Shown here in pieces: positions 46,265 through 58,121 of a DNA stretch of 64,000 nt. Numbering within the stretch: the stretch's first letter is position 1; each line of letters opens with the position of its first letter. The notes below the pieces were generated by a model. That model saw nothing but the letters and a program-made list of their open reading frames with translations. It did no database searches and had not been told where the DNA came from. Both the position numbers and the translations under genes were made by a program. Location: the NCBI GenBank assembly GCA_049510745.1, contig JBEKYR010000002.1, positions 192,001 through 256,000 of the forward strand, in the 5' to 3' direction. The DNA comes from Verrucomicrobiota bacterium. GTDB lineage: Bacteria; Verrucomicrobiota; Verrucomicrobiia; Limisphaerales; Palsa-1400.

Positions 46265-46401
46265 GTAAGCTGTTTCTAACAGATTGGATTAAAACTCAGA
46301 AAAACCCAACCTTAACGATCCCCTGTGCTTTAAATCTCATTCCCCTGCCGCCTGCGGATGCGATATACAACTGATTTACCTTCCTCCTCCTTTGTCGGCC
46401 A

Positions 46402-46608
46402 TCACACGCCGACCCCTTCCAGTTCGACCCGCCGCATGGTTTCGTTGCCACCGAAACGCTTTTGCGCGTCGAGGATTTCCAACCCCGTCAGACGGCCTTC
46501 GCTGTCATAATCCGCTGCGATGCCCTCGGCCAGATGTTTGGTCGTAACGGTGGTTTCGCGGAACGTGATGCTCAACGCATCCACTTCGGCATCGTAGCTG
46601 ATTTTCAT
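46402..46608 (-). CDS. DUF2283-family antitoxin-like protein
   Basis: MKISYDAEVDALSI..DYDSEGRLTGLEILDA. Confidence 0.88.
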   Translation of the reverse strand: MKISYDAEVDALSITFRETTVTTKHLAEGIAADYDSEGRLTGLEILDAQKRFGGNETMRRVELEGVGV

Positions 46609-46611
46609 AGC

Positions 46612-46866
46612 TTAAAAATAATACGTATAGACCGTTATCACAACTATTTTCTCGGCTTCGTCCACGAACACGGGGCGAACCTGCTTCGTCTCATAAACCT
46701 TCCGGTTCCATTCCCGCCCATAAGCAAAATCTTTCCGACAATCCAGCCGCCCAAGCTCGGCTGCGCCCCAGGCACAAGTGCGGATGGCTTCTTCCACTTC
46801 CCCCACGGTAAAACCGCGCGATGCGATATAACCCATGGCGTGTTTGGAAAAGCGAATCGGTTTCAT
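46612..46866 (-). CDS. DUF4258-family (BrnT/RelE-like) toxin
   Basis: IRFSKHA..RG...EVEEAI..IVVITVY; paired with the DUF2283 gene. Confidence 0.8.
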   Translation of the reverse strand: MKPIRFSKHAMGYIASRGFTVGEVEEAIRTCAWGAAELGRLDCRKDFAYGREWNRKVYETKQVRPVFVDEAEKIVVITVYTYYF

Positions 46867-46897
46867 TTGGTTGTGCCTTCCACGATTTTGATTTCCG

Positions 46898-48898
46898 TCA
46901 AAACAGATTTTCTTTGGCTTCGATGCCTACCCCGGACCCTCCCCAGCGCGCCCAGACCGGCAGTTGGCAGCGCAGCGTCTCCGCCATGGCCCGCAACAAC
47001 AGTACTTGATTGTCCTGCAAGGCTCCCCCCGCCGCCGCCGCCTTGGCGCACGCCCAGACGATGTTTTGCTTGACGGTCAACGTCGCACGGGACAATCTCT
47101 CCAAGGCGCCGCACACGGCGGCCAAATCACAGTCCCCCTCTTCCAAAAGCGCCATCGAAACCGTTGGGTCCTCCATTTCCGCCACCCCGCGCGCGAAGGC
47201 TCCCTCCGTATCGTGGTCCGCCTTGCGGGCAATGGCCGAGAGTAGGACCGCGCAATCGTTCCCCACCGCTTCGGCGTCGGGAGGCGAGCCGACCGGTTCC
47301 TCGGCTGCCACGGTGTTCGCCGGCACAAGCCGCGACAGAATCGTCAGAAGCGTGAATTCAAACAGGTTCCCCACCACGCCGCCCTCCAGCAGCGCCTGAA
47401 CATTTTCCATCCAGGCGGAGTAATCGTCCACTTTAAGCCGGCGCAGAGCCGGCAGCGCCTCGTCGAGCAACGCCAGTTTTCTCCGGTCGTCCATCGCCGC
47501 CACGGCGGATTCAAGTTGCAGGGCCTGGCCATACCCCGCCGGGTCCTTCTCCTGCAAATCTTTATATTGACTCTCGCTCCGTCTTTCCCCGCTGCTCAAC
47601 AGCAGGGCGTAAGTGAGCGCGACGGCTCCTTGCGGGAGCCTGATAATCGCGTGCAAGTTCGTGGCCAACTGCGACGGCGATTCCTTCAAGCTCTGGATGC
47701 ACTCCACCACTTTTTCGGAGTCAACCTCCGGGTTGCCGGTGTGGAAGGGCGGCCCGGTCACAAGCGCGCCCACCACTTGATCGAAGTGCCGCTCGCGCTC
47801 CTTGGCGGAAATCGGCAGCATCGCCACTTTCGGAAACTGGCCGTCAAAAGCCGGATCGACGCCCAGAATCCGCTTCACCAACGGCGGATGCGACTCCAGA
47901 AACGACAGCCAGGATTCAAACCTGTAGCTGACAAAAAACAAATGGCTGATCGTCTCGGCCTCCGGGCTGTCCAGGCGTCCTTCTTTGGGCAGGCCGCCGA
48001 TCTTTTTCAAAGCCCCGGCCAGGCCGGCGGGATTGCGGGTGAACTGAACGGCGGCCGCGTCGGCCAGCCATTCGCGCTCGCGGCAGATCGCGCTTTTGAT
48101 CCAGCGGCAAAAGGGACGGCCCGGGCAACCGAGAACCTTGAGAATTCCGCCGAGCACGATGAGCGGCAATTGCCAGATATTCCACGCGTCTGCCTCCCAG
48201 TCTCCCCGGTTGGTCCACGAACGGCCAATCGTGTCCAGCACAAGGATGCCGTGAACCCAGCCCGTCAACCGCAGCTTCAGGATCGTGTCGCCATTGACGA
48301 TATGGCTGAATTCATGGGCCATGACCGCCTGCATTTCATCACGATCCAGCAGCCGCAGGCAGCCTCGCGTCACGATGATTACCATGTCTTCGGCCTTGAA
48401 ACCCGCCGCGAAGGCGTTGATCCCGCGTTCATCGTCCAGCACATAGACCGGCGGCGCGCCTGCTCCCGAAGCGACCGCCATTTCTTCCACCACGTCCCGC
48501 AGCTTTTGCTCGTCCGCATCGTTCTCCGGCTGCAAAGGGCGCGCTTCGAGAATTTCCGCCACCGCCGTTCCGCCTGCCGCCAGTTGCCTGACTTTCCAGA
48601 TTGTTCCCAGCCCGATTACAGCCAGAGTCGCGGCACTCACGTCGAAAAAAAGAGTTGGGTTCCAGAGTTGGCTGAAAACGGCCGAGGGTTTCATCAAGAA
48701 TTGGATCGTGTTGCCGAAGAAATTCCTGACCAAATTCCAACGTTCTCCGTGCCCGAACCAGCGGTCATTTACCGGGAGAATGAACGGCGCCACCAGAAAA
48801 TACGTCACCACCACGACCCACACGACCGCCAGAAACAAATAAACCAGCAACAACCGCGTATCGCGCCGCGCCTTCTCCTGTTGCTCGAAAAAGTCCAT
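46898..48898 (-). CDS. M48-family (HtpX-like) membrane metalloprotease
   Basis: MDFFEQQ, INAFAAG, AHEFSH, REWLADA, SHPPL..RI. Confidence 0.9.
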   Translation of the reverse strand: MDFFEQQEKARRDTRLLLVYLFLAVVWVVVVTYFLVAPFILPVNDRWFGHGERWNLVRNFFGNTIQFLMKPSAVFSQLWNPTLFFDVSAATLAVIGLGTIWKVRQLAAGGTAVAEILEARPLQPENDADEQKLRDVVEEMAVASGAGAPPVYVLDDERGINAFAAGFKAEDMVIIVTRGCLRLLDRDEMQAVMAHEFSHIVNGDTILKLRLTGWVHGILVLDTIGRSWTNRGDWEADAWNIWQLPLIVLGGILKVLGCPGRPFCRWIKSAICREREWLADAAAVQFTRNPAGLAGALKKIGGLPKEGRLDSPEAETISHLFFVSYRFESWLSFLESHPPLVKRILGVDPAFDGQFPKVAMLPISAKERERHFDQVVGALVTGPPFHTGNPEVDSEKVVECIQSLKESPSQLATNLHAIIRLPQGAVALTYALLLSSGERRSESQYKDLQEKDPAGYGQALQLESAVAAMDDRRKLALLDEALPALRRLKVDDYSAWMENVQALLEGGVVGNLFEFTLLTILSRLVPANTVAAEEPVGSPPDAEAVGNDCAVLLSAIARKADHDTEGAFARGVAEMEDPTVSMALLEEGDCDLAAVCGALERLSRATLTVKQNIVWACAKAAAAGGALQDNQVLLLRAMAETLRCQLPVWARWGGSGVGIEAKENLF

Positions 48899-48928
48899 CG
48901 CTATTGGATTTTTTCCTCCGGAAAAACC

Positions 48929-49729
48929 CTAGGTCTTGAGAAAATATCCCCGTTGTTTCTCCGAGATCGGCCTCCCCAGTTTTTCCATCACTTGCAGCAT
49001 GTCTTCCCACACTTTGCGCTTTTCAGTCAAGGCTTGATTGCGGAGAAGATAGGCGGGATGAAACGTCGGCATCAGGGGTATCCCCCGGAAGATCTGAAAT
49101 TTTCCCCGCAGTTTTCCGATTCCTTCCGTCTTGCCCAACAAGCCTTCGATGGCTGTGGCTCCGAGGGCCACCATGACCTTCGGCTGGATCAGTTCAATTT
49201 GCTCCAGCAGATACGGCAGGCATGTCTTCATTTCGTCGCCCGTCGGTTTGCGGTTCCCGGAAGACTGGCCCGGGGTGTCTGGACGGCATTTGAGGATGTT
49301 GGCAATATAAACGGTTTCCCGGCTCAGCCCCATTGCCTTGATGATGCGGTTCAACAATTGACCCGCCGCCCCGACGAAAGGTTCGCCTTCCCGGTCTTCG
49401 TCTGCTCCCGGCGCTTCGCCGATAAACATCAACTCGGCGTGAATGTCACCGACGCCGAAGACGACGTTCTTCCGGGTCTTGACCAGGTGCGGACATCTCA
49501 CGCAAGCCATCGCCCGGCGCCGCAATTCAACCATCGCTGGTTCTTTGTCCACCGCGCCGTCCGGCGGCTTTTCGAGCTTTTCCACCGATTCTTCCTCGAC
49601 CACCGGTCGCGGCGGCTGGCGCAGTTCGGCCAGCGTTTCGGATTGGACACCAAGGAAGCGAACCCCCAGTTCCTTCAGGGTAAGGAGGTATTGTTCCGTC
49701 GTTTCGAGAACACGGGCATATTCATTCAT
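48929..49729 (-). CDS. Uracil-DNA glycosylase family 4
   Basis: CVRC Fe-S ligands, FIGEAPG, NILKCRP, TFHPAYLLR. Confidence 0.95.
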   Translation of the reverse strand: MNEYARVLETTEQYLLTLKELGVRFLGVQSETLAELRQPPRPVVEEESVEKLEKPPDGAVDKEPAMVELRRRAMACVRCPHLVKTRKNVVFGVGDIHAELMFIGEAPGADEDREGEPFVGAAGQLLNRIIKAMGLSRETVYIANILKCRPDTPGQSSGNRKPTGDEMKTCLPYLLEQIELIQPKVMVALGATAIEGLLGKTEGIGKLRGKFQIFRGIPLMPTFHPAYLLRNQALTEKRKVWEDMLQVMEKLGRPISEKQRGYFLKT

Positions 49730-49812
49730 TGCGGCCCGATTTTAGCCCCCCTTCGCTGCCGGGCACGACAATCTTGTTAATTGTTGCTCACCGGCAATTC
49801 ACAAGCGCCCGC

Positions 49813-50922
49813 TCAACTGAGCCGCATCGGCATGACCACGTAGAGGAACGGGCCATTGATCTTCAAAACGCCCGGACTCAGCTCATCGATCAATTCCAGA
49901 AAAACCTCGTCTTCGGTCAACGCGTTTAACGGCTCGATGAGATAAGCGGGGTTGAAGGCGATGGCCATTTCCTTGCCCTTGTAATTGATCGCCAGGCTCT
50001 CGCGGGCTTCGCCGACATCCGGCGAGTTGGCCGTAATGGCGAGATTATTGCGGCTGACGGCAATTTTGACGGAGTTGGCCTTGTCGCTGGTCATGATCTG
50101 GGCGCGCCTGGTAGCAGCCAGGAATTCCTCCCGCGGCAGCGCGATTCGCTCCTTGGTTTCAGTCGGAATCACCTGGCGGTAGTTAGGGTAATTGCCTTCA
50201 ACGAGCTTGGAAAGAACGAGGACGGAAAAGCCTTTGTCGTCGTTGAGGGTAAATGAGGCCTGGTTTTCGCCGATGCGAATTTCCACGTCGCCCTTTTCCC
50301 CGAGCAGCCGCGCCAGTTCGTTCACCGTTTTGGTCGGAATGATGAATTCGCCCTGGCTGGTTTCCGGAATATCGACCTCCTCATCAACCAGCGCCAGCCG
50401 GCGGCCATCGGTCGCCACCATCGTAATCTTATGCTCCTTGAGGCTGATAAAAATGCCGTTGAGCACGTAACGAGACTCGTCGGTGGAAATGGCGAACGAG
50501 GTTTTGCGGAGCATTCCTTTGAACTTCTCCTGGGGAATTGTGATCTTCTTATCGTCCTTGAGCGTGTGAACGGGAGGAAATTCATCAGCGCTTAAGCCGT
50601 TGATTTTGTAAAACGACGCTCCGGCGCGGACGCTGCAGGCGTTCTTTTCATCCACTTCGAGTTCAATCTCCGGGCTGGTCAATTCCCGGATAATGCTGAA
50701 GAACCGTTTTACCGGCGTAGTGCTGGCACCCATTTTCTTGACGTTTGCCTCGACCGAGCAGGCAATCGTGACGTCGAGGTCCGTTGCGGTGAATTCCAAT
50801 CTGTTCTCTCCAGTCTTGAGAAGGACATTGGAAAGAATGGGAAGGGTGGTTCGCGTGCTGACGATGTTTTGCACCGACTGCAAGCCGTGAATCAATTGAT
50901 CTTTTGCGATGCTGAGATTCAT
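49813..50922 (-). CDS. dnaN: DNA polymerase III beta clamp
   Basis: LPILSNVL, ATDL, VATDGRRLA, YPNYRQVIP, VVMPMRL. Confidence 0.98.
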   Translation of the reverse strand: MNLSIAKDQLIHGLQSVQNIVSTRTTLPILSNVLLKTGENRLEFTATDLDVTIACSVEANVKKMGASTTPVKRFFSIIRELTSPEIELEVDEKNACSVRAGASFYKINGLSADEFPPVHTLKDDKKITIPQEKFKGMLRKTSFAISTDESRYVLNGIFISLKEHKITMVATDGRRLALVDEEVDIPETSQGEFIIPTKTVNELARLLGEKGDVEIRIGENQASFTLNDDKGFSVLVLSKLVEGNYPNYRQVIPTETKERIALPREEFLAATRRAQIMTSDKANSVKIAVSRNNLAITANSPDVGEARESLAINYKGKEMAIAFNPAYLIEPLNALTEDEVFLELIDELSPGVLKINGPFLYVVMPMRLS

Positions 50923-50924
50923 GC

Positions 50925-51118
50925 TGGCCTTTAATAGTTTGTTTCTTCCTTTAAAGGAAGCTTATTAATAATGGCTGTGAATAAGGCAAACAACCGCCGC
51001 TGTCAAGGCAGAGTCAACGACTTCCGCAGAAATCTGAATGTAAATAAGCCGGCGGCTGGAGCGAAGGAACTGAGAAAAACGGGCTTTATTTGCAATAGGC
51101 ACGATTAATTCACAAGAA
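50925..51118. other. Candidate replication origin element (DnaA boxes, trios, AT-rich tract)
   Basis: Minus strand TTATTCACA (50976-50984) followed by GCC-ATTATTAATAA and an AT-rich run into dnaN. Near-boxes at 51039-51047 and 51106-51114. Confidence 0.6.
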
Positions 51119-51120
51119 AC

Positions 51121-52266
51121 TCAAACTTTCCCAGCACGGTTAATGACATTCTTAAGGGCCTCCTGAACTTTAAGAACTTCATCCAAGGTCGAATCCCGGC
51201 CAAGGGAGAAGCGGACGAGCGAATTGGCAAGGCCGGCTTCGACCCCCATTGCCAGCATGACGTGTGACGGTTCGAGCGATCCCGCTGAGCAAGCCGAACC
51301 GCTTGAGGCGCAAATGCCTTCGAGGTCCAAGCCGGCCAAAATAGTAATGCTGTCGCAACCGGAAACGGTGAAGGCGGCCGTATTGGCAAGGCGCGAGGCA
51401 AGGGACCCCCGGAACTCAACGCCTTCGATGGCTGTTACGGAGGCTATTAAACGGTTCGTCAAGTTCATCAGAACGTTCCTCGAGAATACAGGCGGGCTGA
51501 GGAATTTCTCGACAGTCTCGGCGAGGCCGATGATGGCGGAAAGGTTTTCTGTGCCGGCGCGGCGTTCATTTTCATGGGCGCCACCGAACAAAATGGGGTC
51601 CGGGTGAAGAGGAGATTTAATAAAGAGCGCGCCAGCCCCTTTTGGGCCGTGGAGTTTATGGGCGCAAAACGAAACCAAGTCCGCATTGAATTGGTGAATA
51701 TCCTCGAAGGCCTCCTTTCCAAAGTATTGAACGGCATCGGTGTGAAAAAGGACGCCTCGAGAACGGCAGATTTCGCCTAAAACCCCGACGGGTTGAAGAG
51801 AACCGGTTTCATTATTCGCCGCCATGATCGAGACGAGAACGGTGTCTGGACGAAGGGCCTTCGCCAGATCCTCTGGGGAAACGACTCCTTCTTTGCTGAC
51901 CGGCAAGCAGGTAACGTTAAAGTTCTCGTTTTTTTCGAGATATTGGAAGCATTGGAGAACGGAGTGATGCTCGATCGTTGAAGTGATCAGGTGTCGGCCT
52001 TTGTCTCGGAGATGGCGGGCCGTTCCGAAGATGGCGAGGTTGTTGCTCTCGGTTCCGCCGCTGGTGAAAACGACTTCGCCGGAGCGGCAGCGCCAGACTT
52101 TGGCGACGCGATCGCGTGCATCGTCCAGCAAAGCGCGCGCCTTTCGACCAACGTGGTGGACGCTGGAAGGGTTGCCGTAAATTTCATCGAAAAACGGCAG
52201 CATGGCGGCTCGGATCTGAACATCAAGGGGAGTCGTCGCATTGTAATCGAAATAAATTGTTTTCAT
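51121..52266 (-). CDS. iscS: Cysteine desulfurase (IscS/NifS)
   Basis: YFDYNATTP, FTSGGTESNN, HTDAVQ, AHKLHGPKG, SSGSACS. Confidence 0.93.
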   Translation of the reverse strand: MKTIYFDYNATTPLDVQIRAAMLPFFDEIYGNPSSVHHVGRKARALLDDARDRVAKVWRCRSGEVVFTSGGTESNNLAIFGTARHLRDKGRHLITSTIEHHSVLQCFQYLEKNENFNVTCLPVSKEGVVSPEDLAKALRPDTVLVSIMAANNETGSLQPVGVLGEICRSRGVLFHTDAVQYFGKEAFEDIHQFNADLVSFCAHKLHGPKGAGALFIKSPLHPDPILFGGAHENERRAGTENLSAIIGLAETVEKFLSPPVFSRNVLMNLTNRLIASVTAIEGVEFRGSLASRLANTAAFTVSGCDSITILAGLDLEGICASSGSACSAGSLEPSHVMLAMGVEAGLANSLVRFSLGRDSTLDEVLKVQEALKNVINRAGKV

Positions 52267-52279
52267 GCCGCGAGCCGGA

Positions 52280-53419
52280 TCAAACGGAGCTTTTTAAGGT
52301 CAGGTCGCGATCAGGATCAATGCCCCATCGTTTGGCGACGGCCTCCAAATCAGCCGACATGCCCCAGCGATCGGCCTCTGGTGCGGTGGTATGCCTTCGA
52401 TTGGCGCCCTTCAGCGCCAGGCAACCGCGATTATCGCCGATCCGGGCGATGAATTCGCATTCTTCCGGCGACAAGGAGATTTCCGGGAGCAACGCCAATT
52501 CATCGACTTTGTCTTCAATGGGTTTAGCATCCGGCCCCGTTTCCTGAATCAGCGTCGGAACGACGGAATGAACCGGTGGCTGTGATAAGTTCCAGAGGCA
52601 GGCCAATTGCAGCAGAGTGAGGTTGTTCTTTTTTGCGATGGGTCGGAAGAGGTCAACTTTTTCCTTCCCAGCCTCGACCCAGCCGGCCGGACGAAAGGCG
52701 CGATGGTCCCGGGGGGCTAATTTGTGGCCGGCTTTGACGTCATCGTGAAACAAGCCGCCATAATCGCCCATGCGAGTGATTAAATGAACATGATGTTTGA
52801 CAGTGGCGGGCAGGACAAGCTGGCCGGGCCACGGTTCGAGAAAATCGAGAATAATCAGGGCCCAGTCGAGGATTTCGCCGAATCGTTCCAGGCAGAGGAT
52901 AAGGTCGAGCGTGAAACCGTTGGCTGGTCCCGGCGCGATGCCGATGCGGTCGGTCAATCTGTCATCGACCAGGCTCAACATGGCGGACCAAACGCGGTCG
53001 CTCGAATAGCCGAGCGAGTCGGGATTGTGAAGGAGCAGCAGATCGAATTTACCGGCCCGGCAGCGGTGGAGGGATTTTTCGGTGGCCATGCGGAGGTAAT
53101 CGGGGTAATCGCGGGGAGAGCGGAGAGAGGGATCGGTAAACCGGGGAAAGCCGCGCGCCCCCTGGCGCTGGCCCTTGTAAAAATCATGTCCGACCGCGCC
53201 GACGAGGCAATAATCCTGGCGGGGAAAACCGGCAAGGGCGGAGCCGAGGAGTTGATCGGCAGCCCCGCAACCATAGACATCGGCGGTGAAAAAAGTGCGG
53301 ACGCCGCATAGAAACGAGCGTTGTGCGAGCTGAATCCAACGTTCCTCGGGAAGCGGCTCGCCGAAATTAATAAAGCGGCCACCGTTCCAGGCGCCGAAAG
53401 CGAGCCGGGTGACATTCAT
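52280..53419 (-). CDS. Aldo/keto reductase-family protein
   Basis: LAFGAW, TADVYG, SLHRC..DLLLLHNPD. Confidence 0.8.
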   Translation of the reverse strand: MNVTRLAFGAWNGGRFINFGEPLPEERWIQLAQRSFLCGVRTFFTADVYGCGAADQLLGSALAGFPRQDYCLVGAVGHDFYKGQRQGARGFPRFTDPSLRSPRDYPDYLRMATEKSLHRCRAGKFDLLLLHNPDSLGYSSDRVWSAMLSLVDDRLTDRIGIAPGPANGFTLDLILCLERFGEILDWALIILDFLEPWPGQLVLPATVKHHVHLITRMGDYGGLFHDDVKAGHKLAPRDHRAFRPAGWVEAGKEKVDLFRPIAKKNNLTLLQLACLWNLSQPPVHSVVPTLIQETGPDAKPIEDKVDELALLPEISLSPEECEFIARIGDNRGCLALKGANRRHTTAPEADRWGMSADLEAVAKRWGIDPDRDLTLKSSV

Positions 53420-53503
53420 GCCGGAATTTTAGGTGGTGAGCGAGGGAGTTGGAAAGACTCATTTCTGGGCGGGGTTTCGTGCCCGAATTCGCAGCGATTC
53501 TGT

Positions 53504-53525
53504 ATGACATACTGTCATATGACAG
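53504..53525. promoter_or_regulatory. Overlapping palindromic operator candidate
   Basis: ATGACA-tac-TGTCAT (53504-53518) overlapping the perfect palindrome CTGTCATATGACAG (53512-53525), in a divergent intergenic region. Confidence 0.5.
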
Positions 53526-53665
53526 CATGGCTAGTCGGCTGGCTTCGAAACCAAGGCGGTGGTGAACGGGAAGAGAACCTCGCCAAGGTTTGAAGGAGAA
53601 ACGACATGACCGCGCGAGAGGCTTGATTCTGTGTGTTGGAGGCGACATGCTGCCTTCCTCGAAAG

Positions 53666-54076
53666 ATGAAATCCAATGAGATTAAGGTCGTAAAGGCCTT
53701 TATCGCGGCGATCAACCGGCGGAGACCTTCTGAGATCTGCGAGTTGATGACGGAGGATCACACTTTCGTTGACTCAGCCGGCGGAAGCACGTCGGGGCGC
53801 GAAAAGATGGCCGCCGGATGGGAGGGGTATTTTCGAATGTTCCCGGACTTCGAAATAAAGGTCGAAAGCATACAGGGGGACAAAGGCTTGGTGGCGGTTT
53901 TCGGGTCGACCTCCGGAACCTATCAGGGCAAGCGAGGGCTTGTCCCGGAAAACAGGATTGAAATGCCGGCAGCGTGGAGGGCGATAGTGACGAACGGCAA
54001 GATCAAGCTTTGGCAGGTTTATGCGGATTGGACCGAAGGCTGCAAAATAATGGAGGAGGACAAAAATGTGGGCTAG
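53666..54076 (+). CDS. SnoaL/NTF2-like protein
   Basis: VKAFIAAIN..LMTEDHTFVD..GRE..W..YF..FPD..GKIKLWQVYAD. Confidence 0.85.
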   Translation: MKSNEIKVVKAFIAAINRRRPSEICELMTEDHTFVDSAGGSTSGREKMAAGWEGYFRMFPDFEIKVESIQGDKGLVAVFGSTSGTYQGKRGLVPENRIEMPAAWRAIVTNGKIKLWQVYADWTEGCKIMEEDKNVG

Positions 54077-56518
<2,442 letters not shown>

Positions 56519-56652
56519 GGGTTCAATTTGACTCGTGCGCAATCGTTAACGGCAGCATAGCCTGTGATTGCTGGGTGGCGGGTAATTTTCGGGGTTTCAT
56601 TTGTAAAATCTTCTCTATCAACGTCGTTGGCTCGAGGGGAAATACATTTTAA

Positions 56653-57075
56653 TCAGGACTCGCTTGGCTCCCCGAAATTCTCGGGAGGTTCAGCCTTGTT
56701 TGTCTCCGCAAACTCCACCAATCCAAAAGTGTTCGGAGCGGGACGGGTGAATATTTTATGTTCGCGCACATATGAAGCCAGTGAACCGCTTAAAGACGTT
56801 TTAGAGTTTTTGGCGACAGGTTTCCCTAGTTTTGCCAACAATTCTTCAACATGCATCGGCTTCCCATGCTTTTTCAGAACCTCACGAACGTTGGCAAGGT
56901 CCGAGCCGGTTCGCAGGGTTATTTCAGGCTCAGATTGCGCATCTCGCGGAAGCAGCTTGCGCATATCCTCAAGAGCCTCCAAATATGAACTTGCTTCGGC
57001 AAGTTGTTTTTCGAGGGCGCGAATATCGTCCTTCTTCCGCTCAATTTTTTTCTCTAATTCTTTTTTTATATCCAT
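56653..57075 (-). CDS. Coiled-coil + winged-HTH hypothetical protein
   Basis: N-terminal coiled coil; VLKKHGKPMHVEEL..FTRPAPNTFGL; lower GC. Confidence 0.75.
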   Translation of the reverse strand: MDIKKELEKKIERKKDDIRALEKQLAEASSYLEALEDMRKLLPRDAQSEPEITLRTGSDLANVREVLKKHGKPMHVEELLAKLGKPVAKNSKTSLSGSLASYVREHKIFTRPAPNTFGLVEFAETNKAEPPENFGEPSES

Positions 57076-57194
57076 ACCGTAAACGCTATCGTGAGTTGGA
57101 TTCGGTGGCAAGGAGAAAATGAAGAAAAATGAAGAAAACATTTGATTTGCATAAAATGCAGGGCATAATCGGGGACATCAAATTAAGGATAAAT

Positions 57195-58016
57195 ATGAAT
57201 AATGAAGAAATCATATCAGGATTTGAGGCTTCCAAACAGATTTCCACAAAAGGGGTGGAGTACTGGACGGCCCGGACCATGCAAAAGCTGCTGGGCTATG
57301 ACGATTGGCGTAATTTCGAGAAGGTAATGGAACGTGCCGCCATCTCCGGGAGAAGTGCCGGGATTGATTCGGTGAATCATTTCGTTGGTTTCACCAACAT
57401 GATCGAAACCGGAAAAGGGGCAAAGCGCCAATATGACGATTTCTATTTATCGCGTTTCGCCTGTTACCTAATTGCGATGAACGGCGATCCTGCGAAAGTC
57501 GAGGTTGCCGCCGCCCAGCAATATTTCGCCATCATGACGCGAGAACGAGAATTGGCTCAAAAGTATCTTAATGCTCAAGAAAGGGTCAAATTACGCGACA
57601 GAATCAGGGTTGCGAACAAACATTTGGCGGGGGCCGCGAAAGCCGCGGGGGTCACCGAATATGGACTGTTTCAACATGCCGGGTATATGGGCTTATACGG
57701 AATGGCAGTTGGAGACGTTAAAAAACGCAAAGGGATTCCTCCAAATGACGAACTCCTTGACCGGGCTGGGAGGCTTGAATTATCCGCCAATGAATTCAGG
57801 ATTAATCTCACTGAAAATGCGCTTAAAAAAGAAGGCACGAAAAACGAATTGTCTGCTCGGCAGACTCACTTGCGTATAGGCAAGGGTGTCCGAGCAACCG
57901 TCCAGCAAGAAACCGGCAAATCGCCGGAGGACTTGCCAATAGAGCCTTCAATCAAAAAGATCATCAGCACAGCGAAGCAAAAAAGGGGTCTTCCAAAGCC
58001 GAATTCTCCATCTTGA
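57195..58016 (+). CDS. dinD: DinD-like (Bro-N) DNA-damage-inducible protein
   Basis: EYWTAR..LLGY..WRNF, LSRFACYLIAMNGDP, FQHAGYMGLYG, ELSANEFR, PEDLP; AAGGA before the ATG. Confidence 0.85.
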   Translation: MNNEEIISGFEASKQISTKGVEYWTARTMQKLLGYDDWRNFEKVMERAAISGRSAGIDSVNHFVGFTNMIETGKGAKRQYDDFYLSRFACYLIAMNGDPAKVEVAAAQQYFAIMTRERELAQKYLNAQERVKLRDRIRVANKHLAGAAKAAGVTEYGLFQHAGYMGLYGMAVGDVKKRKGIPPNDELLDRAGRLELSANEFRINLTENALKKEGTKNELSARQTHLRIGKGVRATVQQETGKSPEDLPIEPSIKKIISTAKQKRGLPKPNSPS

Positions 58017-58121
58017 CCGTCGGATTCCCTGTTGAAAAACCCCAGGACGATTCCGGGCGCAAAGCCATCTTTGAACAGATTTGCGCCCGTTTTGGATGCG
58101 GCAAGATTGCTCCCGTTTGGG

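Noticed and set aside
56560..58120. Terminal repeats around the dinD islet
   Set aside because: No convincing inverted repeats or target duplication found by eye.
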